Of a stretch of DNA of 64,000 nt, positions 60,009-64,000 are shown in pieces. Within the stretch, counting starts at the first letter, position 1, and each line of letters opens with the position of its first letter. The translations under genes and the position numbers were made by a program. The notes beneath the pieces were generated by a model. That model was given only the letters and a program-made list of their open reading frames with translations, was not told where the DNA came from and made no database searches. The DNA is from Nitrospirota bacterium. GTDB taxonomy: Bacteria > Nitrospirota > UBA9217. The stretch spans positions 1,280,001-1,344,000 of the forward strand of contig OY760142.1 of the NCBI GenBank assembly GCA_963663225.1, given 5' to 3'.

Positions 60009-61919
60009 ATGGCGCTCGTCAGTTTACAAGACATAAAAGTCAGCTTTGGAGGGCCACTGCTGCTTGAAGGCGCGGACCTGTCCATCGACCGGGGGGAACG
60101 TGTTTGCCTTGTTGGCAGGAACGGCACCGGAAAATCCACCATTCTGAAGCTTGTCGCCGGAGAAGTAAAACCTGACAGCGGCAGGCTTGTCTTTCAGCAG
60201 GGAGTGCGCATTTCATTCCTGACGCAGGAAGTTCCTCAAGATATTCAGGGCAGCGTGTTTGACATTGTGGCAGGTGCTTTTGGCGAGCAGGGAAAGCTGC
60301 TCACCGACTACCATGCCGCAAGCCTCAGTCTTGCGCGCGTGCACAGCGTGAAACTGATGGCGGAGCTGGAGGATGTGCAGCATAAATTGGAAGCCGCCGG
60401 AGCGTGGCAGATGCAGCAACGCGTGGAGACGGTCCTGTCGCGTCTGGAGCTGGATGCCGATGCTGAGTTCTCAAGACTGTCGGGAGGCTTGAAGCGGCGC
60501 GCTCTGCTCGCGAAAGCGCTGGCAGGGGAGCCGGATCTGCTGCTTCTGGACGAACCCACAAACCATCTTGATATCGAGGCGATTGCGTGGCTCGAAGAAT
60601 TTCTGCTCGGATTCGGAGGGACGGTGCTCTTCGTGACCCATGATCGCGCGCTGCTTCAGAAGCTTGCGACGCGAATCCTTGACCTTGACCGCGGCAGGCT
60701 CACGAGCTGGCCCGGGAACTATGATCTCTATCTTGAACGAAAGCAGGCCGCCCTTGATGCGGAAGCCGTCGAGAATGCAAAATTCGACAAAAAGCTTGCG
60801 GCGGAGGAAGCCTGGATCCGGCAGGGCATCAAAGCGCGCCGGACGAGAAACGAAGGCCGCGTCCGGGCGCTGAAGGAGCTAAGGAGGATCAGGAATGAAC
60901 GGCGCGAAGCGGCCGGTGCGGCGCGCATGCAGGTGCAGGAAGCGGAGCGGACAGGCAGGCTTGTCATTGAGGCCCGCGAGGTGTGTTTTCGCTATGACGA
61001 CCGGCCTGTCGTAGATGGTTTTTCAACCACCATCCTTCGAGGAGACAAGGTGGGCATCATCGGTCCGAACGGGTCGGGCAAAACCACCCTGCTGAAACTG
61101 CTGCTGGGCGAGCTGAAACCGCAGCAAGGATCGGTCCGCTTCGGCACACGTGTTGAGGTGTCATACCTTGACCAGCACCGTGCGCAGCTTGACGAAGAAA
61201 AAACAGTTCAAGACAACGTGGCAAACGGCAGCGATCATGTGACGATCAACGGCAACAGACGCCACGTCATCGGTTATTTGCAGGATTTTTTGTTCGCGCC
61301 CGAGCGCGCACGCAGCCCGGTGAAGGTCCTTTCCGGCGGAGAGCGGAATCGTCTCCTGCTGGCAAAGCTCTTTACGTTGCCGTCGAATGTGCTGGTCCTG
61401 GACGAACCCACGAATGATCTGGACATCGAGACCCTGGATCTGCTCGAAGAGCTGCTGCTGGAGTATTCCGGAACCGTGCTGCTGGTCAGTCATGACCGCA
61501 CGTTTATCAACAATGTGGCGACCAGCACGCTGGTATTTGAAGGCGTCGGCAAAATAACCGAATACGTGGGCGGATATGATGACTGGCTGCGTCAGAGAAA
61601 ACCGGCCGGAGCGCAGATCGTGCAAACCGGACAGTTACCCAGAAAGGAACCGGTCCGCGTCCAGTCTGAAAGAAAACGGAAACTGACGTTCAAAGAACAA
61701 AAAGAGCTGGAGGCGCTGCCGGCGCGCATAGAAGACCTCGAACAAGAGCAGGAACGAATCATTCAAATGATGGCTGATCCGGCTTTTTACCGCGAGAGCG
61801 GTGCAAAAGTTACCGAATATACAGACCGCCTTGAGGTCCTGAAAAAAGAACTGGCAGAAGCATATGAGCGGTGGGAGCAGCTGGAGGCGATAAAAGGGGG
61901 AGCCTCTCTTCCTGAATAA
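60009..61919 (+). CDS. uup: ABC-F family ATPase Uup
   Basis: Two ABC cassettes, EEAWIRQGIKARRTRNEGRVRAL linker, KLTFKEQKELE C-terminal domain. Confidence 0.92.
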   Translation: MALVSLQDIKVSFGGPLLLEGADLSIDRGERVCLVGRNGTGKSTILKLVAGEVKPDSGRLVFQQGVRISFLTQEVPQDIQGSVFDIVAGAFGEQGKLLTDYHAASLSLARVHSVKLMAELEDVQHKLEAAGAWQMQQRVETVLSRLELDADAEFSRLSGGLKRRALLAKALAGEPDLLLLDEPTNHLDIEAIAWLEEFLLGFGGTVLFVTHDRALLQKLATRILDLDRGRLTSWPGNYDLYLERKQAALDAEAVENAKFDKKLAAEEAWIRQGIKARRTRNEGRVRALKELRRIRNERREAAGAARMQVQEAERTGRLVIEAREVCFRYDDRPVVDGFSTTILRGDKVGIIGPNGSGKTTLLKLLLGELKPQQGSVRFGTRVEVSYLDQHRAQLDEEKTVQDNVANGSDHVTINGNRRHVIGYLQDFLFAPERARSPVKVLSGGERNRLLLAKLFTLPSNVLVLDEPTNDLDIETLDLLEELLLEYSGTVLLVSHDRTFINNVATSTLVFEGVGKITEYVGGYDDWLRQRKPAGAQIVQTGQLPRKEPVRVQSERKRKLTFKEQKELEALPARIEDLEQEQERIIQMMADPAFYRESGAKVTEYTDRLEVLKKELAEAYERWEQLEAIKGGASLPE

Positions 61920-61935
61920 TGCCGAAGCAGTGTGT

Positions 61936-63999
61936 TTATTTTCTGCCGCTCGCAAACGAATTGCCTGCCTCGGGCTCGTGAGAAGGCTTCCCTTCCAGAA
62001 CATCCCGTATTTTTTTTGAAAGCGTATCCGGACGCAAGGGTTTTGAAATAAAATGCGTTTTTTCTTTTTCAATTCCCTTTCGCTCGAGTACATCCGCAGT
62101 GTATCCGCTGATAAACAATATTTTTATATCCGGCCGGATGTTCTGCAGCTCCTTATGAACATCACGGGCGCTCAGGCCCGGCATGATCATATCAGAAATA
62201 ACCAACTGGATCCGTTCTTTGTTTTCTCTGAAAAGTTCGAGGGCTTGCTCCCCCTTGGCAGCCTCAAGGACTTCATATCCCAATCCTTCCAGCATGGTTT
62301 TCGTTACGTTCCTGACCACGTCGTCATCTTCTATAAGAAGAAGCATTTCCGTTCCGCGCACGATTGCGGATGCCGGCATTTTCCCGGTTTGTTGAGCTCC
62401 GGTTTGACTAAGCGGCAGATAAATTTTGAAACATGTACCCTTGCCCGGATCGCTGCTGACGCCGATAAAACCGCCGTGTTGTTTGATGGTTCCGTATACC
62501 ATTGCCAGCCCCAGTCCTGGGCCTTTGCCGACTTCCTTGGTCGTAAAAAAAGGTTCAAAAAGATGCTGCTGCATGGCACGGTCCATTCCCACCCCGGTGT
62601 CCGTGATGGAAATGAGAGCAAATTTCCCGGGGCTGCCATACCGCTGCTCTTGAATGAACTGTTCGCTTATTTCGGTGTCCTGAGTCGTGATTGTTAACGT
62701 TCCTCCCTGAGGCATTGCGTCCCGCGCATTTGCGGCAAGATTCAAGAGCGCTTGTTCTATCTGACCCATGTCTGCTCTGATCATCAGGGGGAAATCCGTC
62801 GTTTTGACTTCCAACGCAATGTCTTCGCCAAGGACCCGCGACAGCAGTTTTTTTGTGCTGTTCACGGTTTCATTAACATCGATGAGGATGGGGTGCATCA
62901 CCTGCTTTCGGCTGAAAGCGAGCAGGCTTTGCGTAAGGTTTGCGGCTTTTTCCGATGAGGTGAGAATTTGTTCGACATAATGATGCAAGGGGTCCGCTGC
63001 GGGCAATTTCATCCTCAGAAGATTCCCGTATCCGATTATTGCGGTCAGAATATTGTTGAAATCGTGCGCTACACCGCCTGCCAGCAACCCGACGACCTCC
63101 ATTTTCTGCGCCTGAATGAATTTTTCCTCAAGTTCTTTCTGTCTGGTAATGTCCTTATTTATGCCGATCATCCGCATCGGTTTGGCTTGAGCATCCCTGA
63201 GAACGACCCCCTCTGCTTTGATAATCCGCAGGGTTCCGTCCTGCTGTAGAATGCGGAACTCGGTGTCGAAATTTTTTTCTCCCCGGAAGGCCATCTGTGT
63301 CTCTGCCACGACGCGGTCTGCGTCGCCGGAGTGGAGTGCTTTCCTCCATGTTTCGAAGCGCACTGGAGAGGAGTCGTTGGGGATGCCGTAGAGCAGGAAC
63401 ATGCGATCGTCCCAGATGAAGGTATTGGCATACAAATCCCAGTCCCAAATGGCCAGACCGGTGGAAGCTGCTGCCATCTGAAGCCGCTGGGTTGTTTCCC
63501 GCAGCCGCTCGTCGTTTTTTCGCTTTGCGACTGCGATTGCCACATAGTCGACCAATTTTTCCAAAAGAAGGATTTTTTCTTCGGTAAAAAGTCCTTTCCG
63601 TTTGTCATGAAATTGAATCAAGGCCAGGGTTTCTCCCTGCGAGCGGATCGGAATCAAGATAACCGACTCATAACGGAAGAGGGAACACTGGACGCGTTTT
63701 GCAGCCAGCCGGGCGGCATCATAACTGTCCGTCAGCAGTTCTGAAAGGGCGTTTGTCCAAAAACTGCCGTGCGAGGTAAAAAAGGGCTTTGTTGCATCAA
63801 AGCTGCCGCGGAGAATACTGCCGCATATGCATGCAAGCGTGCGCAGGTCCGCAGGATTCTGGTCTCCACTATTTGGAGCGATACCGTCTGAACAGAGCGT
63901 ATTCTCCACCAGAGCAAAATCCTTGAGAGTGCTGCTTATTTCATAATACGGGAAGCTTTCACCTTCCTTCCGCCGGAATCCGATAGTTTCGCAGCCCGT
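61936..63999 (-). CDS. Hybrid sensor histidine kinase (GAF-PAS-HisKA-HATPase-REC), 5' truncated by window
   Basis: Frame open to the window end (TGCETIGFRRKEGESFPYYE); AHDFNNILT H-box, NARDAM, FFTTKEVGKGPGLGL, receiver SDMIMP. Confidence 0.92.
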   Translation of the reverse strand, partial: TGCETIGFRRKEGESFPYYEISSTLKDFALVENTLCSDGIAPNSGDQNPADLRTLACICGSILRGSFDATKPFFTSHGSFWTNALSELLTDSYDAARLAAKRVQCSLFRYESVILIPIRSQGETLALIQFHDKRKGLFTEEKILLLEKLVDYVAIAVAKRKNDERLRETTQRLQMAAASTGLAIWDWDLYANTFIWDDRMFLLYGIPNDSSPVRFETWRKALHSGDADRVVAETQMAFRGEKNFDTEFRILQQDGTLRIIKAEGVVLRDAQAKPMRMIGINKDITRQKELEEKFIQAQKMEVVGLLAGGVAHDFNNILTAIIGYGNLLRMKLPAADPLHHYVEQILTSSEKAANLTQSLLAFSRKQVMHPILIDVNETVNSTKKLLSRVLGEDIALEVKTTDFPLMIRADMGQIEQALLNLAANARDAMPQGGTLTITTQDTEISEQFIQEQRYGSPGKFALISITDTGVGMDRAMQQHLFEPFFTTKEVGKGPGLGLAMVYGTIKQHGGFIGVSSDPGKGTCFKIYLPLSQTGAQQTGKMPASAIVRGTEMLLLIEDDDVVRNVTKTMLEGLGYEVLEAAKGEQALELFRENKERIQLVISDMIMPGLSARDVHKELQNIRPDIKILFISGYTADVLERKGIEKEKTHFISKPLRPDTLSKKIRDVLEGKPSHEPEAGNSFASGRK

Positions 64000-64000
64000 G

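Noticed and set aside
59891-60142. Extended N-terminus of the dehydrogenase in the ORF track
   Set aside because: Overlaps uup on the other strand; the real start is at 59890 with a GGAGG RBS and the Rossmann motif directly after

Overview
Gene-dense bacterial chromosomal segment, mostly on the + strand. The gene content (split F1Fo operon, ahbD-like radical SAM, FTR/glutaredoxin pair, RomR homologue, class I fumarase, H+-PPase) suggests an anaerobic or microaerophilic diderm such as Nitrospirota or Desulfobacterota; this is an inference. In order: mnmA (5' truncated); a type IV pilus-class chemosensory cluster (REC-DUF4388, CheY, CheW, MCP, CheA-REC, two CheW; no CheR/CheB) running directly into a RomR-like polarity regulator and valS; nadC, birA, CBS protein, guaA; TauE/FTR/glutaredoxin; pseudo-REC-PilZ; nadB, uvrA, fumarase; an AT-rich divergent spacer with a sigma54-like promoter, a sigma70 promoter and a dif-like sequence; atpF'FHAGDC; an AT-richer island of three exported proteins, one a CFI-box-CTERM metalloprotease; skp, rdgB, hppA, HD protein; a large NHL-FN3-transglutaminase-like-TPR protein with a Lys-tailed partner; ampG, AEC transporter, nagA, HAD phosphatase; ahbD, DUF815, serine hydrolase; Rsm22-like, greB, rsmE, arfB, uup; and a 5' truncated hybrid histidine kinase. 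No tRNA, rRNA, CRISPR array or transposase was seen. The best candidates for undescribed systems are the Tfp chemosensory + RomA/RomR locus and the NHL-transglutaminase/partner pair. All family calls come from motif recognition by eye, not database searches.
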